This document shows, piece after piece, positions 48,709 to 60,702 of a stretch of DNA of 64,000 bases. The notes under the pieces were generated by a model, which made no database searches, had not been told where the DNA came from, and saw only the letters and a program-made list of their open reading frames with translations. This DNA comes from Longimicrobiales bacterium (lineage in GTDB: Bacteria > Gemmatimonadota > Gemmatimonadetes > Longimicrobiales > Gaopeijiaceae): contig OZ241869.1 of the NCBI GenBank assembly GCA_965202805.1, positions 352,001-416,000 on the forward strand, written 5' to 3'. How positions within the stretch are numbered: position 1 is the stretch's first letter; each line of letters starts with the position of its first letter. Made by a program: the position numbers and the translations under genes.

Positions 48709-49751
48709 GCGACGTGCACCCCGCGAGCGGCGACCGCGCCCCCTCGGCCCGCGACCGGCGCGATACAGCCGCCGGCGAACGACTTCCGCGGCCCGCGAGC
48801 GACCGGCGTGCCCCCGCGACCGCCGACCCCGCCCCCTCGGTGGACCGCGCCCCCGTCCCCTCCGGTGACCCTTCACCCTCCCACACCCCCGACCACCCCT
48901 TCCGCACGGTCGCCATCGTGGGCCTCGGACTGATCGGCGGGTCGCTGGCCCGGGCGCTCGCGGCGCGCGACCGGCCGCCGCGCGTGATCGCATCCTCGGA
49001 CTCGGCGTCCGACCTGGAGCTGGCCGCGCGCGCGGGTGTCATCGAGGCCGGGTTCACCGACCCGGAGGCCGTGCTCGTGGACGCCGACCTGGTCGTGTAC
49101 GCCACCCCCCTCGACGTGACCCTGCGGCTGCTCGCGGACCACCGCGGCCGCTGGCCGGCGGGGGCGGTGGTCACCGACGTGGCCGGTCTGAAGGCCCCGG
49201 TGGAGGGGGCGATGGTGGCCCTCGGCGAGAGCGCCCGCTACACCGGGGCCCACCCCATGGCCGGTGGGGAGGGGTCGGGGTTCGGCCACGCCGCGGCCGA
49301 CCTGTTAGCGGGCGCGACCGTCTGGCTGACGGGGCGGGGGGCGGGGGCGGCTGCCGTGGAGGCGCTCTGGCGGTCGGTCGGCGCCCGCCCGCGCTGGACG
49401 ACCGCCGCCGAACACGACCGGCTCATGTCGTGGTGCAGCCATCTCCCCCAACTCACCTCCAACGCCCTCGCGCGCGTGCTGGAAGAATCCGGTCACGCCC
49501 CTTCCGATCTGGGCACCGGCGGCACCGACATGGTGCGGCTCGCGGGCAGCTCTCCGGACATGTGGCTTCCGCTCCTGAAGCGCAGCGGGGCCGGGGACGC
49601 GCTTCGGGACCTCGCGCGCGCAGCAGGTGAACTCGCGGACGCCGTCGACCGCCGCGACCTGGAGGCCATCGAGAGCTGGATGAAGTCCACCCGCTCCTGG
49701 CGCGCGGGCGCCGCCGAACCCTCGCCACCGCCGCCGGCCCCGGCGACATGA
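48705..49751 (+). CDS. tyrA: prephenate/arogenate dehydrogenase with a low-complexity N-terminal extension
   Basis: GLGLIGGS, HPMAG, HDRLMSWCSHLPQ, RLAGSSPDMW. Confidence 0.88.
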   Translation: MSDVHPASGDRAPSARDRRDTAAGERLPRPASDRRAPATADPAPSVDRAPVPSGDPSPSHTPDHPFRTVAIVGLGLIGGSLARALAARDRPPRVIASSDSASDLELAARAGVIEAGFTDPEAVLVDADLVVYATPLDVTLRLLADHRGRWPAGAVVTDVAGLKAPVEGAMVALGESARYTGAHPMAGGEGSGFGHAAADLLAGATVWLTGRGAGAAAVEALWRSVGARPRWTTAAEHDRLMSWCSHLPQLTSNALARVLEESGHAPSDLGTGGTDMVRLAGSSPDMWLPLLKRSGAGDALRDLARAAGELADAVDRRDLEAIESWMKSTRSWRAGAAEPSPPPPAPAT

Positions 49752-49764
49752 GCGAAACCTCGCC

Positions 49765-51831
49765 GTGATGACCGAGTTGAAGGTGCCGGGCGACAAGTCC
49801 ATCTCCCACCGGGCGCTGCTGGTGGCCGCGCTGGCGGGCGGAGAGAGCCGCATCCGCGGCATCCTCACCGGAGAGGATCCCCAGGCGACGGCCTCCATCC
49901 TCCGCAAACTGGGCGTGCGCGTGCCGCCGCTGGTGGCGGACGGGGAACTGCGCATCAGCGGGGTGGGGGTGCGCGGCATGCGTACCCCGCGCCGGACCCT
50001 CGACTGTGCCAACAGCGGCACGACCGCGCGCCTGATGCTGGGCGTCCTGGCGGGGCAGAAGCTCGAAGCGACCCTCACCGGCGACGACTCCCTGCGGCGC
50101 CGGCCGATGCGACGCGTGACCGATCCCCTGTCGCGGATGGGCGCGCGCTTCGATCCGCTTGCCGCTCCCGGCCGTCTCCCGCTGCGCGTGACGGGCGGAG
50201 CCCTGCGCGCCCTCGACTATCGCCTCCCGGTGGCCAGCGCCCAGGTGAAGAGCGCGCTCCTGCTCGGCGGGGTGACCGGCGGGGTACCCGTCGAGCTGGT
50301 CGAGCCCGGCTTCTCGCGCGACCATACCGAGCGCATGCTGGCGGCCGCGGGGTGTGCGCTCGCCAGCTCCCGCGAAGGCGTCGCCAACCGGGTGCGCCTC
50401 ACCGCCTCTCCCTCCGCGCTCGATCCCGTGGACGTGGTCGTGCCGGGTGATTTCTCGTCCGCCGCCTTTCCGATCGCGCTCGCTCTGCTGGGCGGGGCGG
50501 GTGAGGGGATCGTGCTGAGGGGCGTCGGGCTCAACCCGACACGGACCGGGCTGCTTCCCGTACTGGACAGGATGAACGCGCGCATCGAAGTCCACGAGCG
50601 GTCCGCCCCGGAGCGCGGAGAGCCGGCCGGCGACCTGGTCATCCACCCCTCCGACCTGACCGGCACCGAAGTTCGCCCCGGGGAGATTCCGGGCCTCATC
50701 GACGAAGTTCCCGTCCTGGCGGCGCTCGCCGCCCGCGCCCGGGGGACCACGCGCATCACCGGTGCGGAGGAGCTGCGGGTCAAGGAATCGGACCGGCTGG
50801 GCGCCCTCGCGGCCAACCTTTCCGCCCTGGGCGTGGGAGTGGAGGAACTGCCCGACGGCCTGGTGATCGAGGGAACGGACCACCCGCTCTCCGGTCCCGT
50901 CGAGGCGTACGGCGACCATCGCATCGCGATGGCCTTCGGCGTGCTCGGAGCGCTCGCCGAAAACGCCGTCACCGTCGATGCCCCCGCGGCGGTGGACGTG
51001 AGCTACCCGGGGTTCTGGGAGATGCTCGCGCGCGTCTCCGTGCCGGCCGCGCGGTCCTCCGCCCGGGACTCCGGCGAGGAGGCCGGTGGGTCCGCGCAAC
51101 CTGTCCGCGGGCGCAAGCGCGGACCGGTGATCGTCATCGACGGCCCGGCAGGTTCCGGCAAGTCCACCACGGCCCGCGAGGTGGCGCGCCGGCTGGGCTT
51201 CCGCCACCTGGACTCGGGCGCGCTCTACCGTGCCCTCACCTGTGCGCTGCTCGAGTCGGGCCGGCCGCCGGACTCGTGGCCCACGCTCACGGAATCCGAC
51301 CTGAACGTCCATCCCGTGCGCATGACCGCCGCGGGGTCCGCCTTCCGGATCATGCTGGGCGCGCGCACGCTGACCACGGAGCTGAGGAGCCCCGAGGTCG
51401 ACGCGCACGTCTCCGCCGTGGCGCGCCTGCCCGCGGTGCGCGGGTGGCTTCTCGACCGGCAGCGGCAGGCGGGCGAGGAGGGGTCGCTGGTGGGCGACGG
51501 ACGCGATCTGGGCACGGTCGTGTTCCCGGGGGCGGAGGTGAAGATCTTCTTGGTGGCCGGTGTCGACGAACGTGCCCGACGCCGCCTGCTGCAGACGGGG
51601 CGCGCGCCCGACTCGGAAAATGAAGTGAAGGCGGAGGCCGCACGCCTGCGCGCCCGCGACCGCATCGACGCGACCCGCGGGATCGCCCCGCTCAAAAAGG
51701 CGCCCGACGCGCTCGAACTCGACGGAACCCACCTCTCGTTCGAGGAGCAGGTGGACGCCATCCTCCGGGAGGTGCGCGCCCGTGTCGGCGACCGGGGCGC
51801 GGAGGTTCCGGGCTTCCGGACCATGAAGTGA
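49765..51831 (+). CDS. aroA: bifunctional EPSP synthase / cytidylate kinase (AroA-Cmk fusion)
   Basis: PGDKSISHR, SAQVKSA, RDHTE, LRVKESDR, DHRIAM, then IDGPAGSGKST, DSGALYRA, DGRDLGTVVFP in one frame. Confidence 0.92.
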   Translation: MMTELKVPGDKSISHRALLVAALAGGESRIRGILTGEDPQATASILRKLGVRVPPLVADGELRISGVGVRGMRTPRRTLDCANSGTTARLMLGVLAGQKLEATLTGDDSLRRRPMRRVTDPLSRMGARFDPLAAPGRLPLRVTGGALRALDYRLPVASAQVKSALLLGGVTGGVPVELVEPGFSRDHTERMLAAAGCALASSREGVANRVRLTASPSALDPVDVVVPGDFSSAAFPIALALLGGAGEGIVLRGVGLNPTRTGLLPVLDRMNARIEVHERSAPERGEPAGDLVIHPSDLTGTEVRPGEIPGLIDEVPVLAALAARARGTTRITGAEELRVKESDRLGALAANLSALGVGVEELPDGLVIEGTDHPLSGPVEAYGDHRIAMAFGVLGALAENAVTVDAPAAVDVSYPGFWEMLARVSVPAARSSARDSGEEAGGSAQPVRGRKRGPVIVIDGPAGSGKSTTAREVARRLGFRHLDSGALYRALTCALLESGRPPDSWPTLTESDLNVHPVRMTAAGSAFRIMLGARTLTTELRSPEVDAHVSAVARLPAVRGWLLDRQRQAGEEGSLVGDGRDLGTVVFPGAEVKIFLVAGVDERARRRLLQTGRAPDSENEVKAEAARLRARDRIDATRGIAPLKKAPDALELDGTHLSFEEQVDAILREVRARVGDRGAEVPGFRTMK

Positions 51832-51836
51832 AATGA

Positions 51837-51865
51837 TTGACGCATTGACGGGGGGCTCATACCTT
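51837..51865 (+). promoter_or_regulatory. sigma70-type promoter of rpsA
   Basis: TTGACG-17 bp-TACCTT in an AT-rich patch. Confidence 0.6.
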
Positions 51866-51984
51866 CAAATGCTGAAAAATAGTCGTTTGCCGACATTATC
51901 CGTAAACCCTGAACCCGGACCGCGCCATGCGGGGCCGGCCGGAAACGGCGCTCCCTTCCGGGGGTGCGCCAGGGACAACAACCG

Positions 51985-53967
51985 ATGACCGACCAGACAG
52001 AAGGCACTCACCCTCCTTCGCCGGAACCCATGTCCTCCTCCGCCCTCCCCTCCGGCGGTTCTCAGGACACGGATTCCCCGGAAGGTGGTGATTCCGACGA
52101 TACCGCCCGAGTGGAGGCCTCCCCGGGCCAGGCCTTCGGAGACTTCGCGGCGTTCGACGCTCCCGACGAGCTCTTCGCCGATCCGCGAGGCGACAGCGGC
52201 TTCGAACTTTCGGACGACCCCAGGGGCGGCGACGATCCGTCCATGTCGCGCGACGACTTCGGCACCATGCTCCAGGACTTCCAGTCCGGGATTCAGGAGG
52301 TGCGCGAGGGCGAGATCGTGCAGGCCAAGGTGGTGCGGGTAACAGACACTACCGTCATCCTCGAATTCGGCTTCAAGAGCGAGGGCGCGGTCCCGCGCGA
52401 GGAATTCCGGGACACCGAGGCCCTCGCGCCCGGCTACGAGGTGGAGGTCCTGCTCGAGAGCCTCGAGGACGACGACGGGGTGGTCGTCCTGTCGAAGAAG
52501 AAGGCCGACTTCCTGCGGGTCTGGGAGAAGATCCGCGAAGCCTACGAGAGCGGGTCACCGATCGAGGGCACGCTGGTGCGCAAGATCAAGGGCGGCATGA
52601 CCGTGGATCTCATGGGCGTGGACGCCTTCCTTCCGGGCTCGCAGATCGCCTTGCGCCGGGTCCCCAACATCGAGGACCTGGTTGGCGACGTCTACGACTT
52701 CAAGATCATCAAGCTGAACAAGAGGCGCCGCAACATCGTGGTATCGCGGCGCGTGATCCTTGAGGCCGAGCGCGGCAAGAAGCGCGAGACCCTGGTCAAG
52801 GAACTGCTGGTGGGCCAGGTGCGGGCGGGCATCATCAAGAACATCACCGATTTCGGCGCCTTCATCGACCTGGGCGGGCTGGACGGGCTGCTGCACATCA
52901 CGGACATGTCGTGGGGACGGGTGGGACACCCCTCCGACATGGTGAACATCGGCCAGGAGCTGGACGTCAAGGTGCTCGACATCGACTGGAAGCGGGAGAG
53001 GATCTCGCTCGGGCTCAAGCAGCTGCTTCCCTATCCGTGGACCGACATCGACCTCAAGTACCCGGTCGGCGTGCGCGTACACGGGAAGGTGGTGTCGATC
53101 ACCAACTACGGGGCCTTCGTCGAGCTGGAGAAGGGCGTCGAGGGGCTGGTCCACATCTCGGAGATGTCGTGGACGCGCAACATCCGCCATCCCTCGAAGC
53201 TGGTGTCCATCGCGGACGAGATCGAGGCCGTGGTGCTGAAGGTGGATCCGGGGGCCGAGAAGATCTCGCTGGGCATGAAGCAGATCGAGGAGGATCCCTG
53301 GCTGGCCCTCCCGCTCAAGTACCCGACGGGGACGCGGCTCCAGGGGAAGGTGCGCAACCTGACCTCCTTCGGCGCCTTCGTGGAGATCGAGCCGGGGATC
53401 GACGGGCTGGTGCACGTGTCCGACATGAGCTGGACCAAGCGGGTGGAGCATCCTTCGGAGATCGTCGGCAAGGGCCAGGAGCTGGAAGTGATGGTTCTCG
53501 ATGTGGACGGCGAGAACAAGCGCATCTCCCTCGGAATCAAGCAGGTCCTCGACGATCCGTGGCCCTGGCTCTCGGAGCGCTTCGCACCGGGCGTGGAGTG
53601 CGAGGGCAGCGTCGTGCGGGTTCAGGAGAAGGGGGTCGTGGTCGATCTGGGGGACAACGTGGAGGCGTTCGTCCCCATCTCGCACAGCCGCGTGCGGGAC
53701 AACCAGCCGCTCGAAGACCACTATGGGCCGGGGGACGAGGTCGACCTCAGGGTGCTCGAGTCGGATGCGGGCAACCGCAGAATCGTGGTGGAGATCACGG
53801 CCGAGCCGCGCCGGCGCATCGAGGAGGAGCCCGAGGTCGAGCCTGTGTCCGACGCTCAGCCTGTGCCGGGCGATGGCGAGGGGGGCGCCCCCGACTCGGC
53901 AACCGCCCCGGCCGCCCCCGGGGCCCCGCCTGCTCCTTCCGGGAACGTGCCCGACACCGAGAGCTAG
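51985..53967 (+). CDS. rpsA: 30S ribosomal protein S1
   Basis: Six S1 repeats (AFLPGSQ, FGAFIDLGG, DGLLHITDMSW, EGLVHISEMSW). Confidence 0.96.
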   Translation: MTDQTEGTHPPSPEPMSSSALPSGGSQDTDSPEGGDSDDTARVEASPGQAFGDFAAFDAPDELFADPRGDSGFELSDDPRGGDDPSMSRDDFGTMLQDFQSGIQEVREGEIVQAKVVRVTDTTVILEFGFKSEGAVPREEFRDTEALAPGYEVEVLLESLEDDDGVVVLSKKKADFLRVWEKIREAYESGSPIEGTLVRKIKGGMTVDLMGVDAFLPGSQIALRRVPNIEDLVGDVYDFKIIKLNKRRRNIVVSRRVILEAERGKKRETLVKELLVGQVRAGIIKNITDFGAFIDLGGLDGLLHITDMSWGRVGHPSDMVNIGQELDVKVLDIDWKRERISLGLKQLLPYPWTDIDLKYPVGVRVHGKVVSITNYGAFVELEKGVEGLVHISEMSWTRNIRHPSKLVSIADEIEAVVLKVDPGAEKISLGMKQIEEDPWLALPLKYPTGTRLQGKVRNLTSFGAFVEIEPGIDGLVHVSDMSWTKRVEHPSEIVGKGQELEVMVLDVDGENKRISLGIKQVLDDPWPWLSERFAPGVECEGSVVRVQEKGVVVDLGDNVEAFVPISHSRVRDNQPLEDHYGPGDEVDLRVLESDAGNRRIVVEITAEPRRRIEEEPEVEPVSDAQPVPGDGEGGAPDSATAPAAPGAPPAPSGNVPDTES

Positions 53968-54053
53968 AGGCGGCCCGTGGACGAACTCTCCCCGGCATTA
54001 GAGCGACGATGGATCCGCGCTTCATCCACGGACCGCCGGGGTAGCGCCTATCC

Positions 54054-55268
54054 GTGATGCGTAGCCCGCTCCGTGTCCGAGCCCAGGCCGTCCTGACGGT
54101 CATCGCCGGCTGCGTGCCGGTGGCGACAGGGCCGCCGGCGCCCGAGACCCTGCCGGCGGAAGCGGAACCCCCAACTCTGAGCGCACCCGAACCGGAGGTG
54201 CCCCGGCCCGAGCCCGAGCCGGAGCTCGCGGCCCCCCTGGTGGGGGTCATGCTCCCCATGTCCGGCTCCCCGTTCATGCGGCAGTATTCCGAGCTGATCG
54301 AGGAGGGGGTGCGCGCCGCCGTCGCCTCGGCTCCGGACGGCGACGGTCTGCCGATCGTGCGGGTCGTCGACAGCGGGGGAGGCCTGGACCGGGTCCGCCG
54401 GGCCCTCGCCGAACTGGAAGCGGCGGGCCTGTCGGCAATTGTGGGGCCGCTGCAGGAAGCTGCGGTGGCACGCGTGGCCGCGGGCCGCAGGCGACCTGTG
54501 CCGATGATCGCTCCGGCCGCCCGGCAACTGCCCGAGGACGAGACGGGCGTATATTCGCTGGCCGGGCCGGATCCCGGTCCCGCACGGGTGCTGGGCCGTG
54601 CGGCCTGGGAAGAGGGCATCCGGCGTGTTGTGGCCATCGCGCCCTCCACCGCGTACGCGCGCTTCGAGGTGGAGACCTTCGGCGAGGCGTTCCGCGTCGG
54701 AGGCGGGAGGCTCGCCGGAGCCTTCTACTATCCCCCGGGCCAGGTCGACTTTCGCGCGGAGGTCGCGGAGCTGATCCGCATCGATCCGGATGCCGTGCTC
54801 CTGCCCCTTCCGTCCCTGCCCGCGATGGACATCCCGCAGGTGGCGGGGCAGGTCCAGCACTACGGCCTGGACGATTCGCTGAGCGTTGAGGTGCTGGGGA
54901 CCGCCGGCTGGTCGACGCCCGACGTGCTCCGTGATGTCGACGTCAACTTCACCGAGGGCGTCCTGACGGTGACTGCCCGCCCGCCGGGACGCAGCGAAGC
55001 GGCGTACGACGAGTTCGTGCGCGCGTACGAGGCCGTGCACCGGAAATCCCTGCGCAGCGGCGTTCCCGCGCTCGGGTGGGATATCATGGGCCTGCTCCTC
55101 GAGGCATTCCGCACGGGCGCTCGCGGGCCGGCGGAGGTACGCGCCGCGCTGGAGGAGATCGACGGTTTCGAGGGGGCGACAGGGACCATCGCCGTGGAGA
55201 ACGGCCGCATCACGCGTGTCTACGAGGTCGTCGTGATCCGGGATCGGGAGCTGGTCCAGGTCTACTGA
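54054..55268 (+). CDS. lipoprotein with periplasmic-binding-protein type I fold (LpoA/branched-chain SBP-like)
   Basis: IAGC lipobox, [23 protein letters not shown]. Confidence 0.7.
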   Translation: MMRSPLRVRAQAVLTVIAGCVPVATGPPAPETLPAEAEPPTLSAPEPEVPRPEPEPELAAPLVGVMLPMSGSPFMRQYSELIEEGVRAAVASAPDGDGLPIVRVVDSGGGLDRVRRALAELEAAGLSAIVGPLQEAAVARVAAGRRRPVPMIAPAARQLPEDETGVYSLAGPDPGPARVLGRAAWEEGIRRVVAIAPSTAYARFEVETFGEAFRVGGGRLAGAFYYPPGQVDFRAEVAELIRIDPDAVLLPLPSLPAMDIPQVAGQVQHYGLDDSLSVEVLGTAGWSTPDVLRDVDVNFTEGVLTVTARPPGRSEAAYDEFVRAYEAVHRKSLRSGVPALGWDIMGLLLEAFRTGARGPAEVRAALEEIDGFEGATGTIAVENGRITRVYEVVVIRDRELVQVY

Positions 55269-55329
55269 TGTCCTGGTGTGCGCCCGCCCTCACCCGGGTG
55301 ACGCCGGTCCTCCCCGAGCCTCGCCTCCA

Positions 55330-56880
55330 GTGAGCACGCGCGAGGAGCTGGACCGCCTGCGGCGCCTGCGCCGGGAGGCGGAGCGGGGCGGAGGGGAGGA
55401 ACGCCTTGCGGCGCAGCACGCGCGCGGCAAGCTCTCGGCCCGCGAACGCCTCGATCTGCTCCTGGATCCCGGGAGCTTCGTGGAGCTCGACCGCTTCGTC
55501 ACCCATCGCTCGACCGGTTTCGGGCTGGAGGAGCGGAGGATCCTCGGGGACGGGGTGGTCACCGGCCACGGGCGCATCGACGGGCGGCTGGTCTACGTCT
55601 TCTCCCAGGACTTCACCGTCTTCGGCGGCTCACTCTCGGAAGCGCACGCCGAGAAGATCGTGAAGGTGCAGGACCTCGCGCTGAAGACCGGGGCGCCGGT
55701 GGTGGGGCTGAACGACTCCGGGGGCGCCCGGATCCAGGAGGGAGTGGCCTCACTCGGGGGCTACGCGGACATCTTCCTGCGCAACACCCTGGCCTCGGGC
55801 GTGATCCCGCAGATCAGCGTGATCATGGGGCCCTGCGCGGGCGGGGCCGTCTACTCTCCCGCCATCACCGATTTCGTCTACATGGTGCGCGGCACCAGCT
55901 TCATGTTCGTGACCGGGCCGGAGGTGGTGCGCACGGTGACCCACGAGGATGTCGACATGGAGAGCCTCGGCGGGGCCGGCACCCACGCCTCCACCTCGGG
56001 CGTGGCGCATTTCGTCGGGGACTCCGAACCCGAAACCCTGGCCTCCGTGCGCGAGCTCTTCCGCTACATCCCGCAGAACAACACCGAACCCGCGCCGCGC
56101 CGGGAGACACGGGACCCGGTGGATCGAGCGGACGAGGCGCTCGTGGATGTCGTCCCGTCCAACCCCAACAAGCCGTACGACATGAAGGACGTCATCGGGC
56201 GCGTCGTGGACGACGGCGCGTTCTACGGGGTGCACGCCCGCTTCGCCCCCAACCTGATCACCGGCTTCGCCCACCTGGGCGGACATGCGGTGGGGGTGGT
56301 GGCCAACCAGCCCGCGGTTCTCGCAGGCGTGCTGGACATCGATTCCTCGGACAAGGGGGCGCGCTTCGTACGCTTCTGCGACGCCTTCAACATCCCGCTG
56401 GTGGTCTTCGAGGACGTGCCGGGGTTCCTCCCCGGGGTCGGTCAGGAGCATGGCGGGATCATCCGCCACGGCGCCAAGCTGCTGTATGCCTTCGCCGAGG
56501 CCACCGTGCCCAGGGTCACCGTCATCACGCGCAAGGCGTACGGCGGCGCCTACGACGTGATGAATTCGCGGCACATTCGCGGGGACATGAGCCTGGCGTG
56601 GCCCACCGCGGAGATCGCGGTCATGGGGCCCAAGGGCGCCGTCGAGATCCTCTTCCGCAAGGAGATCGCCAGGGCCGACGACCCTGAAGCCGCGCTCAGG
56701 GAGCGAATGGAGGAATACCGCGAGCGCTTCGCGCATCCCTACATCGCCGCGGCGCGGGGGTATGTCGACGACGTCATCGACCCGCGCGAGACCCGTGCCC
56801 GGCTGGCCGGCGCCCTCGACATCCTCGAGAACAAGCGCGACGCCAACCCGTCCAGGAAACACGGCAACATTCCGCTCTGA
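55330..56880 (+). CDS. pccB: acyl-CoA (propionyl-CoA) carboxylase carboxyltransferase beta subunit
   Basis: [46 protein letters not shown]. Confidence 0.93.
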   Translation: MSTREELDRLRRLRREAERGGGEERLAAQHARGKLSARERLDLLLDPGSFVELDRFVTHRSTGFGLEERRILGDGVVTGHGRIDGRLVYVFSQDFTVFGGSLSEAHAEKIVKVQDLALKTGAPVVGLNDSGGARIQEGVASLGGYADIFLRNTLASGVIPQISVIMGPCAGGAVYSPAITDFVYMVRGTSFMFVTGPEVVRTVTHEDVDMESLGGAGTHASTSGVAHFVGDSEPETLASVRELFRYIPQNNTEPAPRRETRDPVDRADEALVDVVPSNPNKPYDMKDVIGRVVDDGAFYGVHARFAPNLITGFAHLGGHAVGVVANQPAVLAGVLDIDSSDKGARFVRFCDAFNIPLVVFEDVPGFLPGVGQEHGGIIRHGAKLLYAFAEATVPRVTVITRKAYGGAYDVMNSRHIRGDMSLAWPTAEIAVMGPKGAVEILFRKEIARADDPEAALRERMEEYRERFAHPYIAAARGYVDDVIDPRETRARLAGALDILENKRDANPSRKHGNIPL

Positions 56881-56890
56881 GGAGCCGCCG

Positions 56891-58396
56891 GTGCTCGAAT
56901 CGGTTCTGATCGCCAACCGGGGCGAGATCGCGCTGCGCATCGTGCGCGCCTGCCGGGAACTGGGCGTGAGGAGCATCGCGGTGTACTCGGAGGCGGACCG
57001 CGCCGCGCCCCATGTGCTCGCGGCGGACGAAGCCCACGAGATCGGGCCCGCGCCATCGGCGGAGAGCTATCTGCGCATCGATCGCCTGCTCGAGGTCGCG
57101 GCGCGCTCGGGGGCCCGGGCGGTGCACCCCGGATACGGCTTCCTGTCGGAGCGGGCCGTGTTCGCGCGCGCGGTGCGGGACGCCGGGCTGGTGTTCATCG
57201 GCCCGAAACCTGACACCATCGGCGCGATGGGCGACAAGGTGCGGGCCCGCAGGCTGATGCAGGGGGCGGGCACGCCGGTGATTCCGGGTTCCCCGGGCCC
57301 GGTGCGCGACCCGGACGAAGCGCGCCGTCTGGCCCGCGAGATCGGCTTTCCGGTGTTGCTCAAGGCGGCAGCCGGGGGCGGCGGCAAGGGGATGCGCGTG
57401 GTGGAGGGGCCGGACGGGCTCGAGCGGGCGCTCGCGGCGGCCGGCCGTGAGGCGCAGGCGGCGTTCGGCGATCCGGCGGTGTATCTGGAGCGATATCTGA
57501 ACGCGCCCCGGCACATCGAGGTGCAGGTGCTGGGCGACGAGCACGGCAACCTGGTCCATCTGGGGGAGCGCGAGTGCTCCATCCAGCGGCGGCACCAGAA
57601 GCTGGTGGAGGAGTCGCCCTCCCCGGTGGGCACGCCGGAGCTGAGGGCGCGCATGGGCGAGGCCGCGGTGCGGGCCGCCCGCGCGGTCGGCTACGTCGGC
57701 GCGGGCACGGTGGAGTTCCTGTACCTCGACGGCGAGTACTACTTCCTGGAGATGAACACCCGACTGCAGGTGGAGCACCCGGTCACCGAGCTGGTCACCG
57801 GGATCGACCTGGTCGAATGGCAGCTGCGGGTAGCGGCGGGGGAGGCCCTCTCCTTCGGCCAGGAGGATGTGCGCCTGGACGGCCACGCCGTCGAATGCCG
57901 CATCACCAGCGAGGATCCCTTCCAGGGCTTCCTGCCGGCCACCGGGCGGGTGGAGGTGCTGGAGGTGCCGTCGGGCGCGGGGGTGCGCTGGGACGGCGGC
58001 ATTCGCGCCGGGTTCGAGATCGGCCGCCACTACGACCCGCTGCTGGGCAAGCTGGTCTCGTGGGGGCCCGACCGCGCCGCGGCGGTGCGGCGCATGGCGC
58101 GCGCGCTCGACGAGCTGACCGTCGTGGGGGTGCCCACCAGCGTGCCCTTCCACCGGCGGGTGATGCGGCATGCCGCTTTCCGGCGGGGCGACCTGAGCAT
58201 CCGGTTCATCGAGGACCATCCCGGGCTGACCGCCGGAGACCTCGATGCGGAGGAGCTGGCCGTGGTCGTGGCGGCCGCGGCGCTGCTGGCGGACCGCGAG
58301 CGGGGACGGCACCCGGCGCGGAGGCCGCATGCGGACGGGCGTCCCGCCTTCTCGCCGTGGCGCAGGGCGGGAGCGAAGTGGGCGGTGCTGCCGTGA
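56891..58396 (+). CDS. accC: biotin carboxylase subunit
   Basis: LIANRGEIA, HPGYGFLSE, GGGGKGMR, RECSIQRRHQK, EMNTRLQVEHPVTE. Confidence 0.93.
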   Translation: MLESVLIANRGEIALRIVRACRELGVRSIAVYSEADRAAPHVLAADEAHEIGPAPSAESYLRIDRLLEVAARSGARAVHPGYGFLSERAVFARAVRDAGLVFIGPKPDTIGAMGDKVRARRLMQGAGTPVIPGSPGPVRDPDEARRLAREIGFPVLLKAAAGGGGKGMRVVEGPDGLERALAAAGREAQAAFGDPAVYLERYLNAPRHIEVQVLGDEHGNLVHLGERECSIQRRHQKLVEESPSPVGTPELRARMGEAAVRAARAVGYVGAGTVEFLYLDGEYYFLEMNTRLQVEHPVTELVTGIDLVEWQLRVAAGEALSFGQEDVRLDGHAVECRITSEDPFQGFLPATGRVEVLEVPSGAGVRWDGGIRAGFEIGRHYDPLLGKLVSWGPDRAAAVRRMARALDELTVVGVPTSVPFHRRVMRHAAFRRGDLSIRFIEDHPGLTAGDLDAEELAVVVAAAALLADRERGRHPARRPHADGRPAFSPWRRAGAKWAVLP

Positions 58397-59007
58397 GCGG
58401 GGCGGCGCGCCAGGGGCGAGAGCGGCCCGTACGCTACCATGTAGCCGTCGAGGCGCGCGTCGTGCAGGTGGAAGTGGACGGCGACACCGTGCGGCTGGAA
58501 GGCACCGGCGACCAGGCGCGGGTGCTCGAATACGGCCGCGGCGGGTCGCTCTGCCTTTCGGTCGGAGGCCGCCCGCACCGCGTGTACGGCGTCCGGGTCG
58601 GCGAGACCGCCTGGGAGATCCACCACCGCGGCCGCTCCCACCGGGTCGAGGTCGCGGATGAGCGAAGCTGGCGCATGCGCCGGGCGCAGGGGGATGGGGC
58701 CGCCGCGGCCGCCGGGCTCGAGCCGCTGCGCGCGCCCATGCCGGGGCTCGTACTGCGGGTCGACGTCGAGGAGGGGCAGGAGGTCGCCGAGGGCCGGGGA
58801 TTGCTGATCGTGGAAGCGATGAAGATGGAGAACGAGTTGCGCGCGCACGCCGCGGGACGGGTTCGCCGCGTGCACGTCACGGCCGGGGAGTCCGTCAGGC
58901 GCGGCGACCTCCTGATCGAGTTCGAGCCGAGCGCGGACAGCGGCCGGGACAGCGGCGGCGCCAGCGCCAATCCCCCGGGCGACGCGAGCCAGGGGGGCGG
59001 ACGATGA
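58393..59007 (+). CDS. biotin carboxyl carrier subunit
   Basis: APMPG...EAMKMENE biotinylation motif. Confidence 0.9.
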   Translation: MSGAARQGRERPVRYHVAVEARVVQVEVDGDTVRLEGTGDQARVLEYGRGGSLCLSVGGRPHRVYGVRVGETAWEIHHRGRSHRVEVADERSWRMRRAQGDGAAAAAGLEPLRAPMPGLVLRVDVEEGQEVAEGRGLLIVEAMKMENELRAHAAGRVRRVHVTAGESVRRGDLLIEFEPSADSGRDSGGASANPPGDASQGGGR

Positions 59008-60590
59008 GCGCCGGTTCCCGCGGGACCGGCGATCCGCGCCCCGCCACCGACAGCGGCATCCCGGTCGAACGGCTGTACGGCCCCGATGCGTCGGCTCCGG
59101 CCGCGCGCGACCCGGGCGAAGCGGGGGAGTTTCCCTTCACCCGCGGCATCCACCGCACCATGTACCGGGGCCGTCCGTGGACCATGCGCCAGTACGCCGG
59201 CTTCGGCACCGCGGCCCGGACCAACCGGCGCTACCGCTACCTGCTCGAGAGCGGCACCACCGGGCTCTCGGTCGCCTTCGACCTCCCCACGCAGATGGGC
59301 TACGACTCGGACGACCCCATGGCCGCCGGCGAGGTCGGGCGGGTCGGGGTCGCGATCGACTCGATCGAGGACATGCGCGTGCTCTTCGAGGGGATTCCCC
59401 TGGAGGACGTCTCCACCTCCATGACCATCAACTCGACGGCGGCCATCCTGCTCGCGCTCTACGTCGCCCTGGCCGACGAACGGGGCGTGCCGCGCGCGCG
59501 GCTGGCCGGGACGGTGCAGAACGACATCCTCAAGGAGTACGTCGCCCGGGGCACCTACATCTACCCGTCGGAGCCCTCGCTCCGCCTGGTGTCGGACGTG
59601 ATCGCCTTCTGTTCGCGCGAGCTGCCGCGGTGGAATCCCGTGTCGATCTCCGGCTATCACATTCGCGAGGCCGGCTCGACCGCGCCCCAGGAGGTCGCCT
59701 TCACCTTCGCCAACGGGCTCGAGTACGTGCGCCGCGCGCTCGGGTCGGGAGTGGCACTCGAGGACTTCGCGCCGCACCTGTCCTTCTTCTTCGCCGCGCA
59801 CAGCGACGTGCTGGAGGAGGTGGCCAAGTTCCGCGCCGCGCGCCGGCTCTGGGCGCGGCTGATGCGCGAACAGTTCGGGGCTTCCGACCGAAGCGCGCGG
59901 CTGCGCTTCCACACCCAGACCGGCGGCTCGACGCTCACCGCCCAGCAACCCCTCAACAACGTGACCCGCACCGCCCTGCAGGCGCTCGCGGCGGTGCTGG
60001 GGGGGACGCAGTCGCTGCACACCAACGGCTACGACGAAGCGCTCGCGCTCCCCACCGAGGAATCCGTCCGCGTCGCCCTGCGCACGCAACAGATTTTGTT
60101 GCGCGAGAGCGGGGTGGCCCGCACGGTCGATCCTCTGGGAGGAAGCTATTTCATTGAAGCGCTTACAGATGAGATCGAAGGGAGAGCGCGCGTTCACCTG
60201 GATCGCATTGGCGAATCCGGCGGGGCCGCGCAATCTCTCGACTACATGCGCGACCACATCCACCGGTCTGCGTACCGCACCCAGCTCGCGGTCGAGTCGG
60301 GCGAGAGGGTCGTGGTCGGGGTGAACCGCTACGTCGAGGAGGGCGCGGATCCGTCCGTTCGTGCCCCCGACTACGGGGCGCTCGAGGCCGAGCAGCGCGC
60401 CAGGCTGGCGGAGCTGCGCGCCCGCAGGGACGGCGCCGGGGCCGCGCGCGCCCTCGACCAGGTGCGGGAGGCGGCGCGCACGGACGCCAACCTGGTGCCT
60501 CCCATGGTGGCCGCCGTGCGCGCCCGTGCAACGCTCGGCGAGATCAGCGACGTCCTGGTGCGGGAGTGGGGGAGATACGCGGGGCAATAG
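59004..60590 (+). CDS. methylmalonyl-CoA mutase family, substrate-binding large subunit
   Basis: [55 protein letters not shown]; no B12-binding domain. Confidence 0.93.
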   Translation: MSAGSRGTGDPRPATDSGIPVERLYGPDASAPAARDPGEAGEFPFTRGIHRTMYRGRPWTMRQYAGFGTAARTNRRYRYLLESGTTGLSVAFDLPTQMGYDSDDPMAAGEVGRVGVAIDSIEDMRVLFEGIPLEDVSTSMTINSTAAILLALYVALADERGVPRARLAGTVQNDILKEYVARGTYIYPSEPSLRLVSDVIAFCSRELPRWNPVSISGYHIREAGSTAPQEVAFTFANGLEYVRRALGSGVALEDFAPHLSFFFAAHSDVLEEVAKFRAARRLWARLMREQFGASDRSARLRFHTQTGGSTLTAQQPLNNVTRTALQALAAVLGGTQSLHTNGYDEALALPTEESVRVALRTQQILLRESGVARTVDPLGGSYFIEALTDEIEGRARVHLDRIGESGGAAQSLDYMRDHIHRSAYRTQLAVESGERVVVGVNRYVEEGADPSVRAPDYGALEAEQRARLAELRARRDGAGAARALDQVREAARTDANLVPPMVAAVRARATLGEISDVLVREWGRYAGQ

Positions 60591-60702
60591 GCGTCCTCCG
60601 CCACAACCCGGCCGGATCCCCTCGAGCGGCTCTCCCCGATTTCCCGTCGTCTGCAAAGACGATTAGTTTGGCGGGTCGAACCAACCCCGATCTCCGTCAT
60701 CC

